Source: an uncultured virus (IMG/VR IMGVR_UViG_2061766007_000740) (taxonomy: Duplodnaviria; Heunggongvirae; Uroviricota; Caudoviricetes). Taken from it: a stretch of 64,000 bases of DNA. Under the pieces are notes generated by a model. The model did no database searches and was not told where the DNA came from. It was given only the letters and a program-made list of their open reading frames with translations. The position numbers and the translations under genes are program-made. The stretch lies in IMG/VR virus record IMGVR_UViG_2061766007_000740; one strand, given 5' to 3'. Of this stretch, positions 1 through 12,494 are shown in pieces (the stretch's first letter is position 1; each line of letters begins with the position of its first letter).

Positions 1-229
1 AAAAATGATGGGCTACAAAATACATATCATCCGTGGTAGCGTGAACATCGAGAAGGAGTTCCGCAACTACTGCTGGATGAAAGGCGCGAATGGAGAGTAT
101 ACGGACACGCCTATTGACAAGTTCAATCACGGTATGGATGCAGTACGATATGCCACGATGAGTGACCGTACAGGCCGTATCACGAGACACCGATATTCAA
201 AGACAGAATTGAAACTAAACGGAATATAA
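1..229 (+). CDS. Terminase large subunit, C-terminal end (PBSX/Terminase_3-like; 5' part outside window)
   Basis: EFRNYCW...PIDKFNHGMDAVRYA matches the C-terminal nuclease motif; lies upstream of portal. Confidence 0.85.
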   Translation, partial: KMMGYKIHIIRGSVNIEKEFRNYCWMKGANGEYTDTPIDKFNHGMDAVRYATMSDRTGRITRHRYSKTELKLNGI

Positions 230-230
230 A

Positions 231-557
231 ATGGACACTAAACATTACATCGAGACGCTGAAAAGCAAGAGTAGAGCGCCGCTCTATGTAGCTATGCGCC
301 AAGCGCTATGCTATTACTTGTACGAATCAGGCGTGCCATGTGACATCATCTACAAAGCCATGCATTACACCCGATCGAATGTCTACAATGGCATCAATCA
401 AGCGCGTAATATGCTGGAGGTAGGCGACAAGATCATGCAGGCCGGTTACGAAGAACTGAACAACCACAAGATACGGGTAGTGGCATGCACGGCAGATGGA
501 GCTGTACTGTCACGTTTCGTGGGTTACAGATTAGTTATTGATAATGTAATTTACTAA
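231..557 (+). CDS. Small HTH protein resembling the DnaA C-terminal DNA-binding domain
   Basis: RQALCYYL...IYKAMHYTRSNVYNGINQA pattern. Confidence 0.5.
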   Translation: MDTKHYIETLKSKSRAPLYVAMRQALCYYLYESGVPCDIIYKAMHYTRSNVYNGINQARNMLEVGDKIMQAGYEELNNHKIRVVACTADGAVLSRFVGYRLVIDNVIY

Positions 558-561
558 GAAT

Positions 562-2123
562 ATGGCAAAGAAGAAAGTAGTTTATAATGTAGGTTCAGAG
601 CCGGAGCGTCCTATTGAAGAGGTACGCCAAGCCATGCTGAACGAGGAGCAGAATACGGTCATCTATGGCACCGGACTCCGCTCTGTGCTTGAAGGGTATC
701 TGGAAGCAGGTGACATAGAGAAGGCTAAGAAGATGTTTGCTTGCCATCACGATGAGGCGATGGAGGCTATCTCTCAGTATGATCCGAAGCTACATAAGAT
801 CAACCAGCGTGAAGACAAGGAACGTATGGATAAGGAAGATTATGAGACTGCCAAACTGTCCCGTCCTATCCAAAAGGGCACTAACCAAGTAGGTACGTTC
901 TTCATGTTCGGTAATCAGATCGACATCACGCTGGCTAATGAACCGGATGAGGCAAAGGAGCTGTCAGAGACATTCCAGATGTATCTTGACTTTCTGGATA
1001 GCCTGTATTTCCATGAACAGTTGTACGAGACACGCCGTATAACCGGTGCAGAGACAGAGTGTGCAAAACTCTACTCGCTTGCGAAGGATGAAGACGGAAA
1101 CGTAGAGGTAGTGTGCCAGATCAAGAGCAACGGCAACAAAGACATGCTCTATCCTCTCTTTAACCAGTATGGCAAGTTGGTAGCTTTCGCATTCGGCTAT
1201 GTGCTCCGCAATCTGGAGAATAAGTTCGATGAGCACTTCGACGTGTACACGAAGAAGACTATCTGGAAGTTCCTTCGTCCGAACGGCCAGGGAACGAGTA
1301 CATGGCGACTGCTCGAAAAACGCGATAACGAATTTCAGAAGATTCCTGTTATCTACTACAACCACGAGGTAGATTGGGACGGGTCACAGCCGAGTACAGA
1401 CCAACTCGAATGGCGTATGAGTAAGCACAGCGATACCGTAGAGTACTTCGGCGATCCTTATCTGCTCATTACGGCCGATATAGCCAATAACCGCTTGTCA
1501 GATGCGAAGGAGGTAGGTAAGGTCATCGTCATGGACGATCAGAACGGCCGCTTCGAGTACGTTACTCCTCCGGATAGTGCAGAGATGGTGAAGAACGAGA
1601 TGGAGTCTCTGAAAGCAGCTATTGAGGAAGATACGTTGACTCCTGACTGGTCCTACAAGAGCATCATGGGTCTCGGTACCCTTTCCGGTGAAGCAATGAG
1701 ACGTGCTAACCTGCCCGGTTATGTAAAACGCACACAGTTTGCTGTAGGTACGTATAACAAGATGATACGCCGTGAGCTGAACCTCATCCGTGACATCATG
1801 TGCAACTACGTGTATCTGGCTAATGATCAGGTTATAAAGAAACTGCGCCGGATGAAGTTGAAGTTCGACTATACCGATCCGTTTATCGGAGGTATCGAGG
1901 ACAACGCTACTGAGATTGCTACTCTCGTAGGTGCCGGAGCTATGTCTATCCATGCTGCTGTAGCGGCTAACCGCTATATCAANNNNNNNNNNAACGCTGG
2001 CTAATGAACCGGATGAGGCAAAGGAGCTGTCAGAGACATTCCANNNNNNNNNNTGAGCGTATGGCTATCATCGAGGCAAAAGCGAAGGCTGCTGCTGCGT
2101 CTAACACTAACAAGGAGGAATAA
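562..2123 (+). CDS. Portal protein (SPP1 gp6-like); 3' end broken by gaps
   Basis: ~480 aa after terminase; KIPVIYY, YFGDPYLL, LGTLSGEAMR motifs; frame resumes after gaps and stops at TAA 2121-2123. Confidence 0.8.
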
Positions 2124-2125
2124 TC

Positions 2126-2705
2126 ATGACAGACTTCAAGGACTTTTGGATTCGTGTAGGTCAGCCCGGTGCTTACTCGCAGAACATGTCGTATGGTCAN
2201 NNNNNNNNNNNNNNNNCGCTATCGTACACGAGGCGGTGGATTATCAGCCTACCTTTGTCATCTACTANNNNNNNNNNGCATCAAGATCAAGCATGCTCCC
2301 ATGTCGTTGATGCCGAAGATCAAGAACGTTGTTTCGCAGTCGTGGAAAGACGAAGACGGAGATGATGCATGGATGCCGATGAATGCTTCCAGCGAACCTG
2401 CTATCGTACACGAGGCGGTGGATTATCAGCCTACCTTTGTCATCTACTACCGGGCAGATGATGATGGCGATAAGAAGTTCGCCAATGATGCCGTTACATC
2501 TCTTATTAAGCGTATCGAAGGCCGCTGGCTACAGATGTCTGATGACTACACACAGATAGGCTACGATGGTGCTTATTTGGTAGACGTGGACGATGATCCG
2601 AAGTTCAAACGTCGTGAAGGCTACGAGTATATGGAGTTCTGGCTCAAATTCAGAATCAATGGTACAAATGTAATCGCTCCTTTCAAAGGAACAACAAGCA
2701 AATAA
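2126..2705 (+). CDS. Tail protein (distal-tail-like), gapped
   Basis: PKIKNVVSQSWKDEDGDD motif typical of Bacteroidota phage tail genes; precedes the large tail gene. Confidence 0.55.
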
Positions 2706-2710
2706 TCATT

Positions 2711-5700
2711 ATGATAGTATATAGAGATGNNNNNNNNNNNNNNNNNNNNNNNNNNNNNNNNNNNNNNNNNNNNNNNNNNNNNNNNNNNNNNNNNNNNNNN
2801 NNNNNNNNNNNNNNNNNNNNNNNNNNNNNNNNNNNNNNNNGTAGAGATAGAGATGCAGGATCTGGTAGCCGGTAGCAATAAGTATGGCGACTATGGGGCT
2901 ATTGAGAAGTTCTACATCTACACCGAGCCTCAATGTAAGAAAACAGCACGGCCGCTGAGNNNNNNNNNNNNNNNNNNNNNNAACGGTGGTCTTCTATCCG
3001 CGTCAATATGAGTTATCGTGTATCATGATGCGTGACTTCATACAGCAGGGTGCCAATGGCTCTAACATCATCTATACCGGCTTCGATAATGTGACGTTTG
3101 TCGGAGGTGCGAAGGCCTTGCTGGATCGCTGTATGGAGTGTTTGAAGCAGCAGTATCATAATAGCCAGGGAGATGGCCTTTGGACCTATGNNNNNNNNNN
3201 NNNNNNNNNNNNNNNNNNAATGCGTTGGAGCAATATCAGTTCTCCTTCAAGGGTAATAGCGTCATGGATGCCTTGCTCAAACTGAATGACAAAGAAGGTA
3301 TCAACACAACCTTCTTCATCAATGACCGCAAGATATGGGTAGGCTATAAACGCCCCTATCTGTGCAAGGTGGATAGTGGAGGAGAATTGGAGAATACCCC
3401 GCTGCGTATGATGTATGGTAAGACATCGCATCAACCCATTGATTTGGACCACGGAGGCCTATACGAGATCACCAAGACCGTAGGCGAGGAGTTGCCGTTG
3501 ACGAAACTCTTTGCTTATGGTGCTTCTCGTAACCTCAACCGCTATTACTGCGCAGACAGAATTGCCAGCGGACGTTTCGTGAACAAACTGATGCTGCCTT
3601 CGTTTAGCGATGACGGCATGACGGATTACGTTCTATCCGAGGATGGAGTAAGCAAGTATGGCATCGTCGAGGGTAGCCGTGAGTTCGAGGAAATCTATCC
3701 TTCGCTTCGCTATATGACTTATGCCGATATCCGAGGCATCAAGTACTGCATCAAAGTGCGTACAAGTGGTCTTGAAAGTGATATTTGGAGCGGAGATAAG
3801 ATGGAACACATGAACTCTTCCTCCGAGTATCCTATTGCCCGTGTGCAATGTTACAAAGTAGTGCCATGCACAGGAGATAAGGCTGGCCGTAACACTCTCG
3901 TAGAGGCTNNNNNNNNNNNNNNNNNNNNNNNNNNNNNNNNNTCATACACGCCACCGGCAAGACAGTGAAGGTAGTGCTATGCGGTGACGATGGACAGCAG
4001 TCCTCAACTCCTGGCATGCCACGCTCTGTGGAACGCCAGCTTGCGCGAGATGCTAAAGTGCCGACGACTGATGGTGTAGATGATTGGATAGAGGGTGCTN
4101 NNNNNNNNNNNNNNNNNNNNNNNNNNNNNNCACATATGATGCTGGTTCTGCTGCTACTACTGATAGCGATAGTAACATGTATCGTATCGAATACGTAGAT
4201 ACGTTCTGGTTAACGGATTTGTACGTTTTTACCGCTTACAACCAGACGAGCTTCCAACGCGATGGTTACTCGGCATGGGCATGGCCGCGACTGAATAGTT
4301 ATTCTAATCAGCCGGACAGCCTGCTCGTGAATGAGGTGGTAGCAGTAGAGCCTGTTGTCATTGCCGACACGAGTGATAACATCACCAGCGGCCGGCAGCA
4401 GCACTTCGACATCTACCTGCGTGACCTTGGCTTTGCCATCGACGAACAGAACGACTTCGGTGAGATGGTGTTTGTCTATAGCACACCTCTTGTGAGCGTG
4501 CTGGATAACACCCTTGCCGGTCGTGAGTTCACGATAGACGGAGGTAATAACATGAACGACTTCCAAGACCGTGTAGTATGTGCCTATAAGGACGATGGTT
4601 CTTTCAATGATGACTTCATGATTCCGGGTGACAGCGGAAACTCAGGTCTTCCTGCTCAGGCTTTGCAGAAAGGTGCTGTATGGCGCATCAGACTCAACCG
4701 TAACGATAACGATAACGAGTTGAGTTCAGTAGGCCTTGTAATCCCGAATACGGATATTAACATGGCTGCAGGCGACCATATCGTGCTGCTGGATATCTAC
4801 ATGCCAGACATCTATATCCGTGCTGCAGAACAGCGTCTCTTGCGCGAGGCAACCAAGTATCTGGAGAACAACGACAAAGGCAATGTAGGCTATGCTATTG
4901 CCTTTGACAAAGTACGTATACAGCAGATCCCGCAGTATGCTCTCCNNNNNNNNNNNNNNNNNNNNNNNTCGTGTGGTCGATGCCGATCTGAATATGACTT
5001 CGGATAACACGGTGCGCGACCTGTTGAAATACAACCTTCCGGCATGGTACAACGTGCAACTGTTTACTGATGTTCAGAGCTCAACGACTAAGACCGTAAC
5101 AAATACGTATAATTATGGCTACAAGAGCGGTACCGGTTCCTATCCCGCAAAGACAGAGTGTATCGTAGAGTACTCCAATAATAGGATGAAATTCCGCATA
5201 CCGAAATCGTCACCAACTGCAAGTGCTATAACTATTGATCGTATCTTCTATGGTGCACAATATAGCACTCAGCCACAGAATCAATCTGTGCTATCTGTTG
5301 ATGATCATTGGTTAATCACCTTCGATTGTGATAATAGCTTGTGGTCGAGTATCGACAAATGTGCTACGTTGGAAGTGCGTGTTATCGAGACCGTTGCTGT
5401 CACGACCTACACCAAGACGCATAAGACCAGTAGTCAGTACGTGAATGCTATCTGCCAAGACTTTATCGACTTCAAGGCCGGTAAGTATTACGAGGTAGTG
5501 GTTGAGAAGGATAGTGCCTTCTGGACAAATAATGGTACTGTCGTGCTGTACGATGCGCAAAGTCGACCTCTTCTGTATGATTGTGATATCGTGCTGTTGC
5601 CGTCTTTGGATGCTCAGACGTACTACAAGCCTGAATATACGTTGGTAGCATCCGGAGATAGATTGACCTATAAGTTCCATCTTCCGGAAGGCTTCAACGA

Positions 5701-8700
5701 CAACCACGGCTATTATGTATCGCTGTTCTATCATGGCGACGGAACGACGGATTATGGCAAAGTAGGTATGGTGCTTGTAAAAGAGCAAGACATTGACGAC
5801 CAAGGCAACAAGGTGGACTATGTGGACTTCCTTGTGAGCCATCTGACGATCAAGATCACGGACAATACTCGTCCGGACAATAGCGATACGGACACCTTCG
5901 TCAATGGCGAGTACAAACGCGACCGTCAAGTGGCTATTGTACCGCAACCTATCCGTGAGATACAGGCGCAGATCACCGTGCAGACGGAAGCTTCTGCTTG
6001 GGGACAGGTTATGAGTAAGGTAGAGGAAACGGCTATTGAGGTTGATAAGGCGCAGCAGATATACGCTGACCTTGTTAACGTAGCCCGCTCTAACTACCAG
6101 CGTATTCTTGCGCTCAGATCTAGCCTCTTTGACCCGGACGGGACCTGCAATGATCTCTTTATCCAGACGATGATGATGCAGGTTGGTGCAGACTCCATGA
6201 ACTTCCGTCTTGTCAATACCTATACCGAACCAAACGGAGCAGAGCATAACTTCACTATTGAGAAGGAGAGCGGTCATGGTTATTACACCTTCCGTGTGCT
6301 GAACGAAGATCTGCTAAGCCACTATGTCTTCACACAAGGAGCACAAGGAGGCTCATGGAGAATCCCTGCTGCTGCTACGGATTTGGTACAGGTTAGCAAT
6401 GCGTGGCCGGTGTACTATATCGCGCTCAAATGTCAAAAGGATGGCATCTATGGCCAATGGATAATTGACACCGTCCAACATCCGGTGGACGCAGAAGCTA
6501 ACTACTGGTATTTCAACTGGGGTATCTTAACTCCGGATAGCAATGGTAACTACACGCTGACTGAGACCCGTGGTAATGCCTATATGTACGGCGATAACCT
6601 CATCTGCGGTCAGATTAGCGCTATTGGTAAGAACTCGTACTTCGACCTGACGCATGGTAACTTCGTACTTGGTGATGCGAACGGAGCTAAGTTGTCGTAT
6701 ATTGACGGGAAACTAACGATAGGCGGTATCGAAGAAGGAAGCGGTATTGGTAAGACACTCCATGATCTCGGTTTGGATATAGATGGTATAGTAGATAATG
6801 TCATTCCGAATGCGATTAGCACCAATAATCAGACATATGTAGATGTTTTATTTGACAATCTACAGAACCAAGTTGATGGTGTTGTTGATTCTTGGTTTAT
6901 GGAAGGAGTACCTACGTTGGATAATCTGCCTGCATCCAATTGGTATGATGATGAAGAAAGCAGTAGTTCATCAAGTGAAGAGAGCAGTAGTTCAAGCGAA
7001 GAGAGTGAGAGTCAGGTTGAGAAAGAACCATACAGACGTCATGAAGGCGATACCTATACCAATATACAGAGTTATCAGAAACTCGGTAGTATGATGTGGG
7101 AACAAGGTGCTATCTCGCTCGGTGACAGCAATATCGGTCAGCCTATTGCGAAATGGGATAACAAGCCGAAGTGCCTGCGAATGAAAACCTATATCACCTA
7201 TAAGGCAGGTGATACGCTTTCGCTCGGTGCATTGCCGTCCGGCTATAATATCATCATCGCATACCTCGTAGAAGATAATGGTCAGATCGTAGTACACGGA
7301 AGACAATGGAATTTCACGAATGGCAGCAAATTGACAGAGACGTACACCAAGCAAGACGGTACTACCGGCTACTACACCATGTGTATCGTGCAGATACGTC
7401 CGGCCGACGAGAGTTCCGCGACCGATGCTGATCCGGCATGGGCAGAGACATACGGTTTCTGCGTCAACCCCACAGCCGGGCACTCGTGGCGTTTCTGCAA
7501 GGGCACAGGTGAGAACACAGCGACATGGCATTGGCACGAGATAGCCGATAGTGATGCGGTCAAGGCTCTCCAAGACGCAGCAAAGGCTCAGGACACGGCA
7601 GATGGTAAGCGGAGAGTATTTATCGTAACGAGAAATCAAGATGATACTGCTTTGCCTACACCACCATATGATCCAGGAGATTTATGGGCTAATGCATATT
7701 ATCAAGACCCAAACCATCCAACAGACAGAGACAAGTTCCTCTATAAGAATGTACTGCTTAAATGTAAATCAAATTGTGGCAAGACAGCCGGCGAGATACC
7801 TCTAATCTCAGACTGGGAAGACAGTAGCCGCGCTATCTCTGCTGCTGATGCTGCACAAGCGTCAGCAAACGATGCGATGGATAAGGCGAATAACATTGCG
7901 AATGATGGAATTATCAGCGGAGGAACGGAGAAACAAGTGCTCAATAAGGAGTTCATCGAGATAGCTGGTGNNNNNNNNNNNNNNNNNNNNNNNNNNNNNN
8001 NNNNNNNNNNNNNNNNNNNNNNCAAAGGCTGTTGCTCAGGCTACAGATTATGGGGTGGAACATTCCGACCTTGATGCTGCGTATAACGAACTGCTATCTG
8101 CAATGAAAGTGGTGCTTGGAACGAACGCTTCAACTGGCAAGATAGATGGCANNNNNNNNNNNNNNNNNNNNNNNNNNNNNNNNNAAAATATGATATTACA
8201 GTATATGGCGCCAATCTGTATTCTGGTAATGACCCGTTGACAGTTGCATCGATACAGAAAGTATTTACGACGATAACTCCGGATGTAGGAAAGCGTTACG
8301 AGATAAAGATAAATACCGTATCTGGTAATGCTCGTACGTTATTTGCTATAGATAAGCAAGATAATGAAGACGTTGATCTTGCAACAATCGTATATGCTGA
8401 ATCGGGAGGTGGTACGTTCACGAACAGATCGGTAGAGATAGACGGAACAGGACATATTCTTGGCTTCCGCTGTGGTTCGGATAATCCAGGACAGTCTTGG
8501 GAATTGACCGGCATCAATATCCGCAAGAAGACGAAAGTTAACGCAGCAGNNNNNNNNNNNNNNNNNNNNNNNNCGAAATAGCGTTACTCAATGCGGTGTC
8601 GGAAGTGATAGATGGTCGCGCTATTGGTGGTGAAAACTTATTGTTTGTGAATAACATAGATAAGCGCTATCAATTGGAAGCAGATGAATATTACAGTGAG

Positions 8701-10024
8701 AATATTATTCTGACGGCGTATAACAATGAANNNNNNNNNNNNNNNNNNNNNNNNNNNNNNNNNNNNNNNAATACGTCTTCTCAGCAAAGAATATTGTATG
8801 TAATAAACTAGATGAAGTTCATTGGGATAATTCCATACGATATGAAATTGATTTGGTAGCTGTAAATAATAGTGGTGTTGCGAAAAAGACTGTCAAACTC
8901 TATGATGAGACAAAAACGGGAAGTGGTGTCAGTTNNNNNNNNNNNNNNNNNNNNNNNNNNNNNNNNNNNNNNNNNNNNNNNNNNNNNNNNNNNNNNNNNN
9001 NNNNNNACATCATTTTACAGGCTACAGAACTGATGCTTCAAAAAGGGGATAAGTCAACAGCATATCAAGACTATGTGAAGCATATTACAGAAGCGTTACA
9101 TGGTACGACACAGATTGCCGGNNNNNNNNNNNNNNNNNNNNNNNNNNNNNNNNNNNNNNNNNNNNNNNNNNNNNNNNNNNNNNNNNNNNNNNNNNNNNNN
9201 NNNNNNNNNNNNNNNNNNNNNNNNNNNNNNNNNNNNNNNNNNNNNNNNNNNNNNNNNNNNNNNNNNNNNNNNNNNNNNNNNNNNNNNNNNNNNNNNNNNN
9301 NNNNNNNNNNNNNNNNNNNNNNNNNNNNNNNNNNNNNNNNNNNNNNNNNCTCACCTAATGCCATTCTTGAACCGAGTAACTATACAAGTGTATTAAGTAA
9401 AGATGCGAACACAAAGACTGTAAACAGCAGTGAGATTATGTTCTATAAGACTATCGGAACTCTTAGCGTGGATGTTCCTGCTAACAATGAATATGTAATT
9501 GGCACAGTAGAAGGAAATAACATGTTTAGCGCTCAGATATACTATTATAACAATAGTAGCCGATTGNNNNNNNNNNNNNNNNNNNNNNNNNNNATAACAC
9601 GACAACCGGAGATTACTTTGATGCTCCTGTGACATTCCAAGGACCAATGGTAGGACCATATATAGATGGTAGGACGGTATATCAAGTATCTGTAGATGCA
9701 GGCACTAGAATTAACTTGACGGCTGGGGCATATAGAGTTGATCTTGTCCTAAACTGCTCACTCACTGCTGATGTATTGATGTACTTTACATACACAAATA
9801 CACTCAATCTATATACGGATGCATCAAGTTATAGTAAGATAATCATCGGAAATAATGGTATATTATGCTCATCTACAACCGGACAATATATGTTAGTCAA
9901 CACAAAATCAAATAAGGGATTCCTCGATGTTAAGTTTGTTGGATTGACTAACAATGTTCAAACAGGATTAGGGCAATTATATATGTCGAGTGATGGAACA
10001 TTAAAGATCGGATTGGGTTCTTAG
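2711..10024 (+). CDS. Very large tail tip / host-specificity protein (~2400 aa), split into many ORF-track pieces by N gaps
   Basis: Open frames on both sides of the gaps inspected; TKLFAYGASRNL, EFEEIYPS, DIYMPDIYIRAAEQRL, SWFMEGVPTLDNLPASNW, AQDTADGKRRVF, PTPPYDPGDLW, IGGENLL motifs. Confidence 0.7.
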
Positions 10025-10026
10025 CC

Positions 10027-10365
10027 TTAATACTCCTTAGCGTAAGGTTTGTTATTCCAAAGAATGAAATCACCATAGGATATTATAACCTCCTTCCCAT
10101 TAACTTGATTAGGCGATGTACTGTACGGCCATAGTTTGACAACCTCATACTCTTGGACGTATGGTACATTCTCGTATATAGCAACTCCTGATTCGGGGGA
10201 AATAACGCTTCCGNNNNNNNNNNNNNNNNNNNNNNNNNNNNNNNNNNNNNNNNNNNNNNNNNNNNNNNNNNNNNNNNNNNNTCCTGTTGTATAGGTAGGA
10301 CTGTTCTGATTGCACCCAACGAGCAAGAGGCACAGCGTGCCCAAAAGGATAATTTGCGCCTTCAT
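10027..10365 (-). CDS. Lipoprotein moron, antisense within the tail operon
   Basis: Lipobox LLVGC; own TACCTTTG promoter upstream. Confidence 0.7.
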   Translation of the reverse strand: MKAQIILLGTLCLLLVGCNQNSPTYTTGXXXXXXXXXXXXXXXXXXXXXXXGSVISPESGVAIYENVPYVQEYEVVKLWPYSTSPNQVNGKEVIISYGDFILWNNKPYAKEY

Positions 10366-10390
10366 AAGAGATTGAATTTAAATGTCGCTG

Positions 10391-10421
10391 CAAAGGTACA
10401 AAAAATATTTCACATACGCAA
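10391..10421 (-). promoter_or_regulatory. Bacteroidota primary-sigma promoter for the 10365 lipoprotein
   Basis: Minus strand TTTG(CGTATG)...TACCTTTG(CAGC) = -33/-7 consensus. Confidence 0.7.
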
Positions 10422-10518
10422 ATTTTAAGCATAATAAATTTCGTTAATCATCACGAAATGGTATTTATAAGAGGTTATTGCNNNNNNNNNNCCTTTGTCG
10501 CAAATTTTAAAAACGACT

Positions 10519-10854
10519 ATGGATAACTTATACATTGGTGCTAAATACGATGCAGGTATCGTGCAGTACGAGGACGGAACGGCGATTGACTTCCCGGTGA
10601 CAGCCGTGCTCTATGACCGTCAGTCCAAACGTGCTTATGAGAAACTGAATGTAACGACTGTTTCTCCGGCATTGGGTCCGCATATCATATGGGACGCAAG
10701 TGAGACCAAAGACATGATCCCGGCTATGTATGATCTGGAGCTCTATAAGAATTACAATAGCGCTACGGAGCGTGAGATGATCGGTTATGAGCGTGACTAT
10801 GTGAAGGCGCAGACCGTATCGGCAACAGACCTCGAGGAATCTTCAAGTAACTAA
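10519..10854 (+). CDS. Hypothetical structural protein (BppU-like beta domain)
   Basis: IIWDASETKDMIPAMYDLELY pattern; tail region. Confidence 0.45.
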   Translation: MDNLYIGAKYDAGIVQYEDGTAIDFPVTAVLYDRQSKRAYEKLNVTTVSPALGPHIIWDASETKDMIPAMYDLELYKNYNSATEREMIGYERDYVKAQTVSATDLEESSSN

Positions 10855-10859
10855 GAACT

Positions 10860-11051
10860 ATGGCAGGAAAGATCATCATAAAGAAGACGACGGCGAAGAA
10901 TCTGGTTGTTACCAGTCAGAAGTCGAAGGTCATCAAGGCTACTGACGGTACGCTGTGGGGCAAGATCGTGGGCGATATCCATAATCAAGCAGACCTCATG
11001 GCTAAACTGAACAAGATTGAGAAACTCGCAAAGGCAGGAATAGTATTATGA
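10860..11051 (+). CDS. Small hypothetical protein
   Basis: WGKIVGDIHNQADL motif as in tail-fibre shafts; ATGA overlap with next gene. Confidence 0.55.
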   Translation: MAGKIIIKKTTAKNLVVTSQKSKVIKATDGTLWGKIVGDIHNQADLMAKLNKIEKLAKAGIVL

Positions 11052-11614
11052 AAGAGATTATCTACAATATCGACGGAGTGGCTGGCCGCGTGATCACGCT
11101 GACCGGCTTGACGGGTACGTTCACGAAGAATAACGTGCTCGGTATCATCAACAAATCCCAAGGCGATGTGCTATACACGCCGATGGACTGGAACCTGCTG
11201 ACCTTTGCGTACAGTAACGGCACGATGACGCTGACGCTCGCGGAGAGTGTGGCGGCTATCACGGCAGGCGACAAACTGTTCATCAAACTCTACACCGACG
11301 AGGAAGGCGGCGGTGACGCGGCGGAGCAGGTCAAGGACTTCTTCGGCATCGTCAAGGATGGCGACACGGTCAAGGTCGTGACGGAGGATGGCGGGGAAGA
11401 GGTGGTCGAACCCGTCGGGCTNNNNNNNNNNNNNNNNNNNNNNNNNNNNNNNNNNNNNNNNNNNNNNNNNNNNNNNNNNNNNNNNNNNNNNNNNNNAAGG
11501 TGCAAGCGACGTGGTTCGGCGTGTATATCAAAGACAAAATCCAAGAGCCGCTCGCNNNNNNNNNNGAGCGGTGAAGGCGGAGAAGGCGGTTCCGGGAGCG
11601 GCTCAGGTGAGTAA
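11048..11614 (+). CDS. Hypothetical virion protein with Gly/Ser/Glu tail, gapped
   Basis: ORF coupled to upstream gene; ends GEGGEGGSGSGSGE. Confidence 0.5.
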   Translation: MKEIIYNIDGVAGRVITLTGLTGTFTKNNVLGIINKSQGDVLYTPMDWNLLTFAYSNGTMTLTLAESVAAITAGDKLFIKLYTDEEGGGDAAEQVKDFFGIVKDGDTVKVVTEDGGEEVVEPVGXXXXXXXXXXXXXXXXXXXXXXXXXXRCKRRGSACISKTKSKSRSXXXXSGEGGEGGSGSGSGE

Positions 11615-11633
11615 CAATTAAAATCAAAGAGAT

Positions 11634-12456
11634 ATGACAGATTCAATGAGAAAACTATTTGACAACTTTTTGTTCAAGGTGCAAGCGGCGTGGTTCGGCG
11701 TGTATATCAAAGACAAAATCCAAGAGCCGCTCGCNNNNNNNNNNGGGATTACAGCCGCAAGGAGTTACGATGCCGATAAGGTGGCTCGTGGGGGATACAA
11801 ACGGAGCGGCTTATATTGACACGGACTTTATACCGGGTAATCTTACGACTATCGAAATGTCGTTCAAGATAAACGAGATACATTCCAGTTCGCAGCACTC
11901 ATGTCTCTTCGGTTCTCGTGCAACTTATTCGTCACGGACAATATCGTGGGGATGGGGTAACAGCGGATGGCAGATGACGGGAAGCCAATGTTTCACATCG
12001 TGGGGATTATCGGCAAACTATCAGATGCTAACGAGACCACTCGACACGCAGCAACACACGGTCAAGTTGGATAAAGGAAACTATATCATCGACGGAACTT
12101 CTGTATATCAATATCCGCAATCGACATTTACTTGTCCGTACAACCTGTACGTATTCAACCTACGGCAAGACAGCGGTCTGCTGCCGAACGGATTGGATAG
12201 CGATGGATATGTGGCGTACTTCAAAGTATGGGAAGATGGCGAGCCTATTGCTCACATGATTCCTTGCAAGCACAATGGGCAGAACGGAATGTATGACATA
12301 GAGCGGATGCGGTGGTTTGGGAATGCAAACAGTAGCGGCTCATTCACCATCCCCGACATTTCCTACAACCCCCTCCACCCCATAACCCGACCAACGGAAG
12401 CGCATCAATTAACGCATCGAAGCGCATCAACCGACAAACGGAAGCGCATCGACTAA
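11634..12456 (+). CDS. Receptor-binding-like protein, allele 1 (LamG/ConA-like beta-sandwich C-terminus), gapped
   Basis: N-terminus MTDSMRKLF..., then GLQP..MPIR..GD..AYIDT...MIPC...GMYD...NANSSGSFT. Confidence 0.55.
12397..12450 (+). repeat. 3 x GAAGCGCATC, 22-bp period
   Basis: Copies start at 12397, 12419, 12441. Confidence 0.9.
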
Positions 12457-12494
12457 AATTAACAATAAATATAAACATTATGGANNNNNNNNNN

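Noticed and set aside
1994..2043. 50-bp repeat of portal sequence 928-977
   Set aside because: Flanked by 10-N gaps; scaffolding artefact, and the ORF-track portal stop at 2004 is false.
2218..2267. Copy of 2400-2449
   Set aside because: Isolated between N gaps; assembly artefact.
5312..6277. Long antisense ORFs (also 16635-17609, 27304-28215, 30490-31479)
   Set aside because: Shadow frames of well-supported genes on the other strand, with no recognisable motifs.
11498..11555. Near-identical copy of ~11676-11734
   Set aside because: Between gaps with one substitution; a misplaced strain-variant fragment.
12397..12450. CRISPR array
   Set aside because: 10-bp repeat and 12-bp spacers are far too short; no cas genes seen.
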